This document shows, piece by piece, positions 26,101-39,700 of a DNA stretch of 64,000 nt. The stretch covers positions 7,068,001-7,132,000 of the forward strand of contig OZ024765.1 in the NCBI GenBank assembly GCA_964016885.1, read 5' to 3'. How positions within the stretch are numbered: position 1 is the stretch's first letter; each line of letters starts with the position of its first letter. This DNA comes from Eledone cirrhosa (lineage: Eukaryota). A model generated the notes under the pieces. It was not told the origin of the DNA and did no database searches. It saw only the letters and a program-made list of their open reading frames with translations. A program made the position numbers and the translations under genes.

Positions 26101-28201
26101 CCCAGAGTCTCCCTCAGAACGTCATCGCATTTATCCTCCTGGTGGTGTTTGTGTTGTTGGTGGTGGTGGTGTTTGTGGTGTTGGTGGTGTTTGTGGTGTT
26201 GGTGGTGGTGTTGGTGGTGGTGTTGGTGGTGTTTGTGGTGGTGGTGGTGGTGGTGTTTGTGGTGGTGGTGGTGGTGTTGTTGGTGGTGTTTGTGGTGTTT
26301 GTGGTGTTGTTGGTGGTGTTGGTGGTGTTTGTGGTGGTGGTGGTGTTGGTGGTGTTGGTGGTGTTTGTGGTGGTGGTGGTGTTGGTGGTATTTATGGTGG
26401 TTGTGTTTGTGGTGTTTGTGGTGTTGGTGGTGTTTGTGGTGGTGGTGTTGGTGTTTATGGTGGTGGTGGTGTTGGTGGTGTTTGTGGTGGTGGTGTTGGT
26501 GTTGGTGGTGTTTGTGGTGGTGGTGTTGGTGGTTGGTGTGTGTATGTTTTCTGTGGGTGTTGTTTTTGTGTTTTTCCTGTCATTTTTTTTTTTTTGCCTC
26601 TTTGATTTTTGGGGTGCCTCTTCATCCTCGCTTGGAGATGTAGAGGTTCCTGTGTCTTGGGTAGATGGCAGGGGTATGTTGTGTGGTGGAGTATTTGTAC
26701 AGGTGTTTAGGGGGCAAGGGAGAGCTTCTCAGGTAGATAGATAGGTAGGTAGGTAGTAGGTAGATGGATAGGTAGATACATGGACTGACAGATAGATATG
26801 TTTCTTTATTAGCCAGAAGGGCACAAAAGAAGGGGACAAATACAAAGGGGGAAGTTTACATACAATAAAAACGTGTAAAATGTTCACAAATGCAATTTAA
26901 AAATTAATCGATTTTCCCCAATAGGGGGAGACATTACATATGGGTAACACATACCCCCGAAAAAATGTGCAACCCTCATCTCCAGGAGTACGAAGAGTTT
27001 GTACTCCTTTCCTCTCCTCCTCCTTTTCCTCAACCTACAGGCTGATGTAGAGAGAAGGCCCATTCACTCGGGCCATTCTCGCCACTTTCACCCACCTTTC
27101 ATAAAACTTGCTGGGGTACAGCACCTCTCTCTCCATCCTGGGGTACAGCACCTCTCTCTCCATCCTGATTCTTCTTCCAAAGATAGATAGGTAGATAGAC
27201 ATATAGACAGAACATGTAGTAAAACTCACCTAAGGGTGGAAGTATGTGGATTGGAAGTTCAGTAGCCCTCATCCTTACATGGGAACCAATTTGAATTCGA
27301 CTTAAAAGATGTCTGCAATATATAAATTATAAACATAATTTATATATATATATATATACATAATTTATATATCCATATATATATATGGAAAAGAATGAAA
27401 TGAAATTTCATTTCACACTCTTAGTACGGCTTATACTTAAATATAAGTATGTATACGTACATACATATATGTATACAGACGTACAGTAGTATATATATAT
27501 ATATATACATACATGCACACATATATATATGTACGTATGGGTTTACCGAACATTTATTATAATGCTCGGTGTGTTTGTAAACAAACATCCCGAATTAAGC
27601 CGTACAGTATTCGGCAACCATCGTTGCCCTTTTGTTCAACACTGACAAACAAACCGAGCATTATAATAAATGTTCGGTAAATCCATACGTACATATATAT
27701 GTGTGTGCATGTATGTATATATACATACATACTAGTGTACGTCTGTATACATATATGTATGCACGTATACATACTTATATTTAAGTATCAGCCGTACTAA
27801 GAGTGGGAAATGAAATTTCATTTTTTTCCATTTATCGTTTTCGGTACACCCGGCCGATTAACCCACTCGATATGCAAATTGGGCTACTCAGCCGTTAATA
27901 TGCATAAGGAAAGTATATACTTTCAAACGTTCAATCATCTGACAGGAAGGTATACGATGCTGACAATAGCTAATAAGCTTGAAACTAGTTCATCGTTCCT
28001 TTGTCAGTGTCGAACAAAAGGGCAATGATGGTTGCCGAACACTGTACGGCTTAATTCGGAATGTTTGTCTACAAACACACCGAGCATTATAATAAATGTT
28101 CGGTAAACCCATACGTACATATATATATGTGTGCATGTATGTATATACATACTACTGTACATCTGTATATATATATGTATGTATGTATACATACTTATAT
28201 T

Positions 28202-28278
<77 letters not shown>

Positions 28279-29256
28279 ATAATAATAATATTTATACTTA
28301 TATATGTTTAATATACAATTATAAATATGGAGGGTATTTCTAAGTACTCGCCAGTTACTGGTAGGATAAATTATCAAGTGTATTACAATTGTTTCTTCTA
28401 GAGGGCTGTCTGGATCATCAGAGCATAGGGGATGTTTTAAACATATATATATATATATATAATCATCATCATTGTTTAACAGCTATTTTTCCACACTAGC
28501 ATGGGTTAGACGGGTTGTCCAGTTGTGGGCAATGCCAGGTCAGGTGACCATGTCTTGGACATTCAGAACTGTTTCTGGCTTGGTTTCTACAGCTGGATGC
28601 CCTTCCTAATACCAACTGCATTTACAGTGTGTACAGGGTGCATTTTGATGTGACACTTACATGAACACTTTACAGGGTGGACTGGGTGCATTTTGATGTG
28701 ACACCTACATGACCACTTTACAGGGTGGCCTGGGTGCTTTTGCTATGTCACCAACACTAGGAAGGTTGTCATGTCTTTGACACAACTGAAGGGTCCTCCC
28801 AACCCTTTCACTAACAAGTTCTCTACATAATAAAGATAATAATTTATATATTTTATACACTAAAAAATATCGAAATACATAATTTCTCATAGCAGCCAAT
28901 GGCACCTTCTTTGTCCATCTTTTAAGGGTCTTCAACTTATTTTATAAGCTATTTTATAGCATCTATGTGCTAAGGGTGTTGGACTTATGATAGTAATGTT
29001 GTAGGTTCAATTCCAGGATTGGGTTGCGTGTTGTGTTCTTGAGCAAAAGCATTTCATTCCATGTTGTTCCAGTATATTCAGCTGAAAATGAGTACCAGCA
29101 ATAGCTGGGGGTTTAACCCTGCGATGGACTGGTGTTTTAACCAGGGGAAAGTCTTGTACTCTCAGTCACTCTTCACGCCATGAAACCGGGATAAGCACCG
29201 GCTCAACATGCTGCTTGCAGCAGATGAGGGCATGCATGTGCCTGAGCACATCATCC

Positions 29257-29320
<64 letters not shown>

Positions 29321-29694
29321 GAGGCACACCGGGTGATGTGTTGTTTCCTTGAGCAAGACACTTTATTTCACATTGCTCCAGTTTACTCAGCTGTAGAAAT
29401 GAGATGATAGGACTGGGGTCCCTATCATTCCACTGCAAAGTGGTCGTGGAGGTGCCACAGCAAAAAAGCACCAAGCCCACACTGTAAAGTGGACGTGTAG
29501 GTGCCACGGAAAAAAGCACCCAGCACTAACAGTAAATGAGGTCGGTGTTAGGAAGGGCAACCACAGCTGTAGAAATCAAGCTGGAATCAGTTCCCGTCCC
29601 ACCCTTGCAAGCAAGGAAAAGCGGACATAAAATGATGATATATATCTAGTAATAATAAATGTAAAGACTAAAATCTGAAGAGGGCTCAATAAGG

Positions 29695-29752
<58 letters not shown>

Positions 29753-32700
29753 ATATCAATATAAAAACCCGTAGAGCAAATATTTATTATAAGAACAGAT
29801 TAACGTTTAAGCAAAAAAATCACTGCTTTCACCCTTAACGGGATCTTCGGAAACTGAAAAAATATATATATATTGTTATATTTGGGGAGGTTCATATTGC
29901 CAGAAATATATAATAAAACACACTCACTGTTTGTGTTGGGTTGGGTTGGTTTTCGCTTCCATATATTTTATATCCCTATAATTAATTTAGCTGGCAATCA
30001 ATGTTTATCATTGATTGACTAACAGTTAAAAATATAGATATAAATATATAAATATATATATAATAGTATATGTAGAAATAAACACAGTAAATTCTGTGTC
30101 TAAAATTACGAGGGTAGAGAATGCCATAAATGTTTTATATATTTAATCTTAAACATGCAGTAGGATAATTCTATACTAATTATCCTACTGTATGTTTAAG
30201 ATTAAATATCTAAAACATTTGTGGCATTCTCTACCCTCGTAATTTTAGACACGGAATTTACTGTGTTTATTTCTACATATACTATTATATAATTGTTTCC
30301 ACTTTTGGCACAAGGCCATCAATTACCCAGTACATTACTGGTACTTTATTTTATCGACCCCGTAAGGATGAAAGACAAAGTTAACCTCGATGGGATTTGA
30401 ACTCAGAATGGCAAAGGACGTAACTATGCTGGAAAGCATGGCGTCCGACCCTCTACCGATACTGCCAATCCAGTGCCCTTATACTATTATATAATTGTTT
30501 CTACTTTAGGCACAAGGCCAGCAATTACCCAGTGCATTACTGGTACTTTATTTTATCGACCCCGTAAGGATGAAAGGCAAAGTCAACCTTGGCGGGATTT
30601 GAACTCAGATCGTAAAGGGACGTAACTATGCTGGAAAGCATGGCGTCCGACCCTCTCCTGATACTGCCAATCCACCGCACTTATACTATTATATAATGCT
30701 CAGTATTTATACTTTGAGCTTGTTAATTGCAGGGTATCTATATGAGTTAATAACTCTGTATTTTATTTGTATATATGTATATATATATATGAGGTTAATA
30801 TCCCCACAGGTACTAAGTACCTACGGAAATATAAAGGGTGTCTCTCCGGTTGCAACGTTTTTTTGAAATATCCAGTTCTGCGTTTACAGATTGACTTTGT
30901 TAGTTTCAGAAGATCCCGTTAAGGGTGAAAGCAGCGATTCTTTGCTTAAACTTTAATCTGTTATTTTAATAAATATTTGCTCTACGGTTCTTATATATTT
31001 GATATATATTTATCCTTATCGAGCCCTCTTTGGATTTTAGTCTTCAAATTTATTATTATTACTATATATATATATATATATATCTATATATATATATAGT
31101 AGCTCAGAGGTGTTTTGTCACACACCTGTGACATCATCAGTGATACTATTATGTTTCCTCCAGTCGTATTGTTGTAATGTTTACTTATTCTATTATTCAT
31201 TTATTTATATATATATATTTTTTTTTTCAGCACTTAAAAAGCTGAAAATTCAGCTTACATACATAATAATTATATATAATAGAATAACTAATGGGTTAAG
31301 AACTTTTCAGTCCTGAATGACCATAGGATTTGTACCTAGACAGTTCTCCTCCAAGGCACAAGTCCAGGCAAGGTTGTTTGTGGAAGACCAGCAGTCACCC
31401 ATGCATACCAGCCTCCCCTCTCCATGTCACCAATGTTGTCCAAGGGAAAGATAATGGCCAATACAACTTGATGATGACTGACAAGTTCTATACAACATCC
31501 ACAAATACATAAAGTCTAAAGCCTGTTTCAACCCTTTAGTATTTACATTACTCTAGATATACTATTGTATTTTCACAGTAAAGGCTTTACCTCACATAAT
31601 ATCTCACATAACATTTACATTACTCTATATATACTATTGTATTTTCACAGTAAAGGCTTCACCTCACATAATTACCTTAGATAATATTGAATTTATGAGA
31701 TTTTGATATCACTTATTTTGAGAACAATACCTTAACATCAGTATGAGTGGCTAGTTACAGCCAGTTTGAACAGAAAGAGGAGAAAGGATTCTGACTGGAT
31801 ATGGCTGGTTTACATGCTAAAGGATTCACCTGGTCAATGCTTATCTTGGTTTCCATGTCGGTAAGCGACTGACAGTACATAACTCCCTCCTGGATAAGAC
31901 GCCAGTCCATCACAGGGTTAATTTCCCCAGCTATTGCTGGTACTCATTTTCAGCTGTGTATACCGGTTTCTCTAGGTCACTAGATTAAGGACCCAACCCT
32001 TCCTAGGTGGGTGAGATGTCGACACAATGACACAACCAGTACAATATAGAATACAGGAGAGGTTTATCTAGGTCACTAGATTAAGGACCCAACCCTTCCT
32101 AGGTGGGTGAGATGTCGACACAATGACACAACCAGTACAATATAGAATACAGGAGAGGTTTCTCTAGGTCACTAGATTAAGGACCCAACCCTTCCTAGGT
32201 GGGTGAGATGTCGACACAATGACACAACCAGTACAATATAGAATACAGGAGAGGTTTATCTGGGTCACTCTTGTGGGTGAAATATCAACACAAGGACACA
32301 GCCAATACAATATAGAATACAAGAGGTTTCTCCAAGACAATGAAATATCCTTTACCCATCCTCAATAAATTGGTAATTCCATGATATTGGAGAATCAATC
32401 TTGGAGAATATTGTCCTCTGAAGACTTATTGTGTTAATGTCTTCATTGTTGATAACCATTTTCTTCTCACCAAGACTTTTCTGCAAAATTAACAAAAGTA
32501 CAAATAAATTCATTTCGTAGACTGACACAATTATATATATATATTTTTATCTTCCTGTCACCCAGCTTGTGAAGTGTATTGTTGTTGATCATTAGCCCTT
32601 GGTCTCTGTCCTCTGAGGCATTTTTGCCCATCGCTGTCTTTGACAGTATTTAGCTGTTTTAACGACTGTTCTAGCGATGAGTTTTCTCATTTATATATAT

Positions 32701-32992
32701 ATATATACATATATATATAGTATAAAAGAGAAAACACAGGTAAGCATTAAGAGAAGGATTTTATCCAAGTATGTACGACCGTTTCATTCGTAAGTGCAAC
32801 CTTATATTGCTATACTGCAAATAGCAGCCACTCAATTATAATTGTTGTTCACAGTCCAAATTTTCAAAATAGTAAGTTACTCTTGAAATAATTCTTAATA
32901 TATAGAGAAAAACATGGAGTTACCCCTAACCGTACGTTGAAACCATCCATGAAACTGGATCACAATAAGCAGTTTTTTGCTTCTCTAACTAC

Positions 32993-33046
<54 letters not shown>

Positions 33047-33732
33047 TAAATAATATTTCATACACTTAACATGTATGAGCACCACTCGTTTCAGTGTGTC
33101 ATGACAAAAACACCCAGCCTACACTGTAAAGTGGTCGTGATGGCAACACACCAAAAAGCACCCAGTACACACAGTAAAGTGGTCGTGTGGGAGTCACGGC
33201 AAAAAGCACCCAGTACACACAGTAAAGTGGTCGCGTGGGAGTCACGGCAAAAAGCATCCACCCCACACTGTAAAGTGGTCGCGTGGGAGTCACGGCAAAA
33301 AGCACCCAGTACACACAGTAAAGTGGTCGCGTGGGAGTCACGGCAAAAAGCACCCACCCCACACTGTAAATTGTTCGTGTAGATCATCTGCAGAAGTTCC
33401 CATGGGCATCCAGTCTTAAATTCCTGTTACAGCCTGCAAAACGATAATAAGCAGGAGTGGGCTAAGAACAGAGCCCTGGTGCACGCCAACTTGTACGCTA
33501 AATTCCTCACTATAGTCATTGTTAATCCTAACTTTGCTGACTGCTCCCCTATAGATGGCTTCTACTCCTAGTTTTCTAAGACCCTAGCAGATTATGGCAT
33601 GGGGCACTCCAGATCAACAAGTGTAGAGCGGCTTGCTTTTAGCTAGGTACTTTTTCTGTAACTGTGTCACAAGGAAGAGGGCAGCAGCGGTGTTTTTGCC
33701 TGGTACAAATCCAAACTGCATCTCATCTAGTA

Positions 33733-33765
<33 letters not shown>

Positions 33766-36700
33766 TGCTGTGTTATTTCTGTTCACCTTTTATATACATA
33801 TATATATAGCTATAGTTGATGAAGGAAACAAAACAAACACAGGGATCCAAAAATACAGTTATATTAGTTTCACACTTGGAGGAAATGGAAGAGGGTTTGA
33901 CAGTGGAGGGCATGGTACTTACAAAGTCACTATTACAAAGGTAACCATCAGAGTCCTGGGTTGGTACAATAAAGTCCTTCAATAGAGTCCCTTTACTAAC
34001 AAGTGCCCTCAGAAGTAAAGTGTTCGATCCTGGCAAATAAAATATCAAAACAAAGATTGAAATATAAACGATTTTATCAACCCCAGCATATTACCAGTAC
34101 TAGAATTTATCAGGCAAAATAATATCAAGGTAGAGAAAGTAAAAATATATATACTGTCTAACACAGGGTAGCGTGGAAGATGGACGTTAAACGATGATGA
34201 TGATATAAAGTGTGTCAGGAAAGAAACAGGACTATGGTAGCTAAAAAATATTTCAAATCCAAACTACAAGTTTTCCTCTTCGAAATAATCCCCACTGGGG
34301 TCTATTATACATTCTTATCCTTCTCTGCCACACTTCCTAGGATTCTTCCAGGATTCTTCACAGCTCCATCTTCATGGCCCTCTTGGTGGATTCCTTGTCC
34401 AGGAAACGGGTTGTACTCTAAAATCCATGACTCATCAATGGTGATGATTCTCCCCAGCAAGTCTGGTTCGTTTTCAAGACACTCAAGGATGTCCTGACAC
34501 ACCTGCATGTGCTGCTCTTTCTGGCCATTGTTCAGCAGCTTCGGTAACATCTTCGCACAAATTTTCCGCATGACCAAGTCTTCGATGATAATCTTCCAAA
34601 TGCCGTTGTGGTTCATGCCCAACTCACTTGCAATCAGTCTAACAACCAGCTGATGATCGCCACATACCACCTGCTTCACATCTTCACTGTTGGCTTCAGT
34701 CTTGCTTGTTGAAAGCCTTCCACTCCTGGAGTCCTCTTTCATCTTTTGTGCCACTTGAAAACCCAGGAACATGACATCATCTCATCTCTGTACACTTGCT
34801 GCAGTATTCCGAATGCTTCTGGCGGAGTTTTCTCAAGCCAGACCAGAAGCTTCAGGTTGGTTCGTTGCTCTGTGTCCATCGCTCGATGGACTAAAATTGA
34901 GGAGCTGTGAACAAAATCACGTGAATAAAAACATAGAATGGCTGTAGAGAGCTGAGATCATAGTGTAGCAAGCAATAGTGCTACTTTATCGTGGTGGAGT
35001 AATTTGGTCGTGCTTGGTCAGTTGCCAGCCCTTAGGGTTGGTGGCGTAGGAATACTAAAAATGACTTCCGTCCAGCAGTCGATTTCGCACTAATTATCAA
35101 TTCTCCCGCAGTTACATTCGGGATCTTCTACTGAGCAGCACCGTGTAACTTGCTTCCTGATCTTTCCTGATCTTCCCTTCTAAAGCCGAAGGTAATCTCG
35201 ATATATAACTCTGCGGAGAATTATCGTTCAACTTGACTATGCGATATGTTTGCAGTTCTTCACTCGCCTTGTATTTGTATTAATATGAAGAAGAAAATAA
35301 ATCTTTATTAGGTTTTAAAATATGCCTTCTGAACTTTTCCGCCACCATGGAATATGAACTTCATTATTACGGTGGATTGGCAGTATCGGTGGAGGGTTGA
35401 ACGGGGTCGATAAAATAAAGTACCAGTAATGCACTGGGTATTTGCTGGCCTTGTGCCTAGAGTAGAAACAATTATTACATCTGTGTTTTCCTGAAGTAGT
35501 AATCTCTACTAACCTTTCAGTCCAACATCTAATTGCTACCTTTATCAATTGTACCATTGTGAATCTCTCTTGAACACCTCTCTGCTACCATTACAACAAA
35601 AGTACTTATTACTAAAATAGAATTACTAATTACAGCACACGACCAAAGCCGTCAGCCCTCCCCATCAGAAAACACCAGAAGTACATAATGAAGCAGATCA
35701 TAGTAAGCAACTGCAGAATATGTGGTGGAGGTGGGTAAGAAACTACCACATAATCTCTAGCTGCCCAGTCTTAGCCAGACATGATAGAGTAAGGACCTAG
35801 ATACACTGGAAATTATGCCAACATTATGAAATACTAACAGAAAACAGATGGTACAGATGCACACCAGACAGACAGATCAAAGCCAACCATCCACATATCA
35901 TAAAAGAATGTCTTCTAATTGATGTAACCCCACAGACGACAGTATGTCTACCTAGGAAATGGTGAAATTATCCAAATATAAAGATCTAGTGATAGAAATA
36001 GCCCGGATGTGGATGAAAGGCAAAGCTGACAGGATTTGAACTCAGAACATAAAGGGACGTAACTCTATGCTGCAAATTATTTTTTCCGATGCTCTACCGA
36101 TACTGTCAATCCACCACCTTAATAATAATAATTGTTTCTACTTTTGGCACAAGGCCAGCAATTACCCCAGTGCATTACTGGTTCTTTATTTTATCGACCC
36201 CGTAAGGATGAAAGGCAAAGTTAACCTCGGCGGGACTTGAACTCAGATCATAAAGGGACGTAACTCTATGCTACAAAGCATGCCACCTTAATAATAATAT
36301 TGGTTTCTGATTTAGGTACAAGACCAACAACTTTGGGGGGGGGGGAGGGGAATCAATTAAATTGACCCCAGTTTGCGTTACAGGTACTTTATTTTATCGA
36401 CCCCGTAAAAATGAAAGGCAAAGCTCACCTCAGCAGGATTTGAACTCTGAATGTAAAGGGCAATAATAATAATAATAATGATGATAATTATAATAATAAG
36501 AGTGCAAGAGAAGGAGAAGGAGAAAATTAACCGATACCAGGATTTAAAGTGGGAATCAAAAAGGGTTTGGGACTGTCATGAGATCAAGGTCATCCAGGTT
36601 GTCATAGGAGCACTAGGTACTATCTCAAAGAGTTTCCAGGGATGGTTAAAGAACATTAGTCCAGACCCCTTTTTTGGAACACTTCAAAAGGCATGCTTGC

Positions 36701-39700
36701 TGGGAACAGCAAGAACCCTCCGATACGTCCTGAATATCTGAGGCTGTAGGGAGTGGCTTGATATTCATTTCAACAAACTTTCCAGTTAAATAACATCAAT
36801 GACTGAGACTCCAAGAATAATAATAATTGTTTCTATTTTTGGCACAAGGCCAGCAATTACCTCAGGGTATTACTGGTACTTTATTTTATCGACCCCATAA
36901 GGATGAAAGGCAAAGTTATAATAATAGTTTCTTTATTTTAATAATAATAATAAAATACCTTCTAATATTAAAATTGGCAGATCTTTGACATTCCATCCTT
37001 TCTGAATTTGGTAAGTTTCCTAAGAGAAAAAAAAAAGGATAAAAAATTGAAAAGATTAGAGTAACACCAGCTCTAACTGTTCCTGGGTCTAGGGATCAAA
37101 ACTGCTTATTTTAAAATATTTATATTTATGTAACAGTTAGGTCAGGCTTCTGTCTGCTACTGGTACCATCTAACTCAGTACAACCTGCTTCATGATCAAG
37201 TGGTTGGTGACTAAACCAGCTCCTTCATCAGATCCTGGTCAGGTCAGGCTTCTGTCTGCTACTGGTACCATGTAACCCAGTACAACCTGCTTCATGGTCA
37301 AGTGGTTGGCGACTAAACCAGCTCCTTCATCAGATCCTGGTCAGGTCAGGTCAGGCTTCTGTCTGCTACTGGTACCATGTAACCCAGTACAACCTGCTTC
37401 ATGGTCAAGTGGTTGGCGACTAAACCAGCTCCTTCATCAGATCCTGGTCAGGTCAGGTCAGGCTTCTGTCTGCTACTGGTACCATGTAACCCAGTACAAC
37501 CTGCTTCATGGTCAAGTGGTTGGCGACTAAACCAGCTCCTTCATCAGATCCTGGTCAGGTCAGGTCAGGCTTCTGTCTGCTACTGGTACCATGTAACCCA
37601 GTACAACCTGCTTCATGGTCAAGTGGTTGGCGACTAAACCAGCTCCTTCATCAGATCCTGGTCAGGTCAGGCTTCTGTCTGCTACTGGTACCATGTAACC
37701 CAGTACAACCGGCTTCATGGTCAAGTGGTTGGCGACTAAACCAGCTCCTTCATCAGATCCTGGTCAGGTCAGGCTTCTGTCTGCTACTGGTACCATGTAA
37801 CCCAGTACAACCTGCTTCATGGTCAAGTGGTTGGCGACTAAACCAGCTCCCTCATCAGATCCTGGTCTGGTGAGGAGTGTAAGTGGAACCCCTACAGCAC
37901 TAAGTAGTGGTGAGTACAGCTACACTCCTGAAGACATGACCAAAACCAAACAGAAAGCAGTGGAGGTCAACCAAAGAGGGGTTCCTACAAGAGGTGTGAG
38001 AAGGACTGGACTGGGCAGTTATCTAGCAATCCTCCATCATGTTCTTGTGTTCTTGATAGATTTAAAAATTATTTGAAAACTTTAGGCAATGTCTTTTATG
38101 ATAAATATTGTAACAAAAGGGTGAAAATGTCAAGTGGTAGTGTTATTTCCATGGTAAATTACACCCAGTACACTCTGTAAAGTAATATAGGTGCCATGGT
38201 AAAATGCTGCTGATAGTGTTGATGGTGGTGATGATGATAGTGGTGTTGGTGATGGTGATAAATTGATGATAATGATGATGATGATGGTGGTGATGATAAT
38301 GATGATGGTGGTAATGGTGATGGTGATAATGGTGGTGGTGATGATGGTGGTGGTGATGATGGTGGTGGTGGTGATGATGGTGATGGTGATAATGGTGGTG
38401 GTGATGATGGTGATAATAATGATTTCCACTATAGGCTAGCAATTTTGGGGGAGGGGGAAGTCGATTAAATTGACCCCAGTGCATTACTGGTGCTTTATTT
38501 TATGATGATAATAATGATGATGGTGATGGTGATAATGATGGTGGTGATGATGATGGTGATAATGATGGTGATGGTGATAATAATGATGATGATGGTGATG
38601 ATGATGGTGGTGGTGATGATGGTGGTGATGATGGTGGTGGTGATGATGGTGGTGGTGATGGTGGTGGTGATGATGATGGTGGTGATGGTGGTGGTGGTGA
38701 TGGTGGTGGTGATGATGATGGTGATGATGGTGGTGGTGATGGTGGTGGTGGTGGTGGTGATGGTGGTGGTGATGATGATGGTGGTGGTGATGGTGATGAT
38801 GGTGGTGATGGTGGTGGTGGTGGTGGTGGTGGTGATGGTGGTGGTGGTGGTGATGATGGTGATGATGGTGGTGGTGATGGTGGTGGTGGTGGTGGTGGTG
38901 ATGATGGTGGTGGTGGTGATGATGATGATGGTGGTGGTGATGGTGGTGGTGATGATGGTGGTGGTGGTGGTGGTGGTGGTGGTGATGGTGGTGGTGGTGG
39001 TGATGATGGTGATGATGGTGGTGGTGATGGTGGTGGTGATGATGGTGGTGGTGATGGTGGTGATGATGGTGGTGGTGATGGTGGTGGTGGTGGTGGTGAT
39101 GATGGTGGTGGTGGTGGTGATGATGGTGGTGGTGGTGATGGTGGTGATGATGGTGGTGGTGATGGTGGTGATGATGGTGGTGGTGATGGTGGTGGTGGTG
39201 GTGGTGATGGTGATGGTGGTGGTGGTGGTGATGGTGATGGTGGTGGTGATGGTGGTGGTGGTGGTGGTGATGATGGTGGTGATGGTGGTGGTGATGGTGA
39301 TGGTGGTGGTGGTGGTGATGATGGTGGTGGTACGCTTACCTGTCCTTCAGTAACAGTTTTGATGAATACATACATCCCGTTTTTTCGTGTAATTAAGGTT
39401 TTCCGATCAAGAGGGTACGGCTTCAACTACAACAACAACAACAACAACAAGGGTTTCTGATTCAGGTACAAGGCCAACAATTTAGGGGGAGGGGACAGCC
39501 AATGGCCAACTTTGAATGGTATTTTATTTTATCGACTTTGGAAGGATGAAAGACAAAGTTGATCTTCACCAGATTTAAACTCAAAACATACAGAGCTTGT
39601 ACAGATGAAGAATAATGATTTCTACTATAGGCACATCATCATCATCATCATCATCATCATTTTACGTCCGCTTTTCCCTGCTTGCAAGGGTGAGACGGGT

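Noticed and set aside
26098-26744. Trp/Cys-rich and Val-rich ORFs
   Set aside because: (GGT/GTT)n simple repeat.
32755-32990. GAAACGGTC on the minus strand of a TA-flanked element
   Set aside because: Resembles an HHR 3' half, but no CUGANGA core or stem I partner was found.
33380-33434. Possible CATIP exon after a TTTTGCAG acceptor
   Set aside because: In-frame stop; the sequence belongs to an RTE RT remnant, and exons 5 and 6 join in phase without it.
37137-37866. CTGATGA in every unit of the 107-bp repeat (minus strand), suggesting a satellite hammerhead
   Set aside because: No stem II followed by GAAA and no stem I complement could be found.
38490-39426. Extensin-like Ser-Pro ORF (308 aa) and poly-Val/Met ORF
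   Set aside because: Only the first 29 codons are CATIP exon 3, ending at a GTAAGC donor; the rest is an intronic (GGT/GAT)n repeat.
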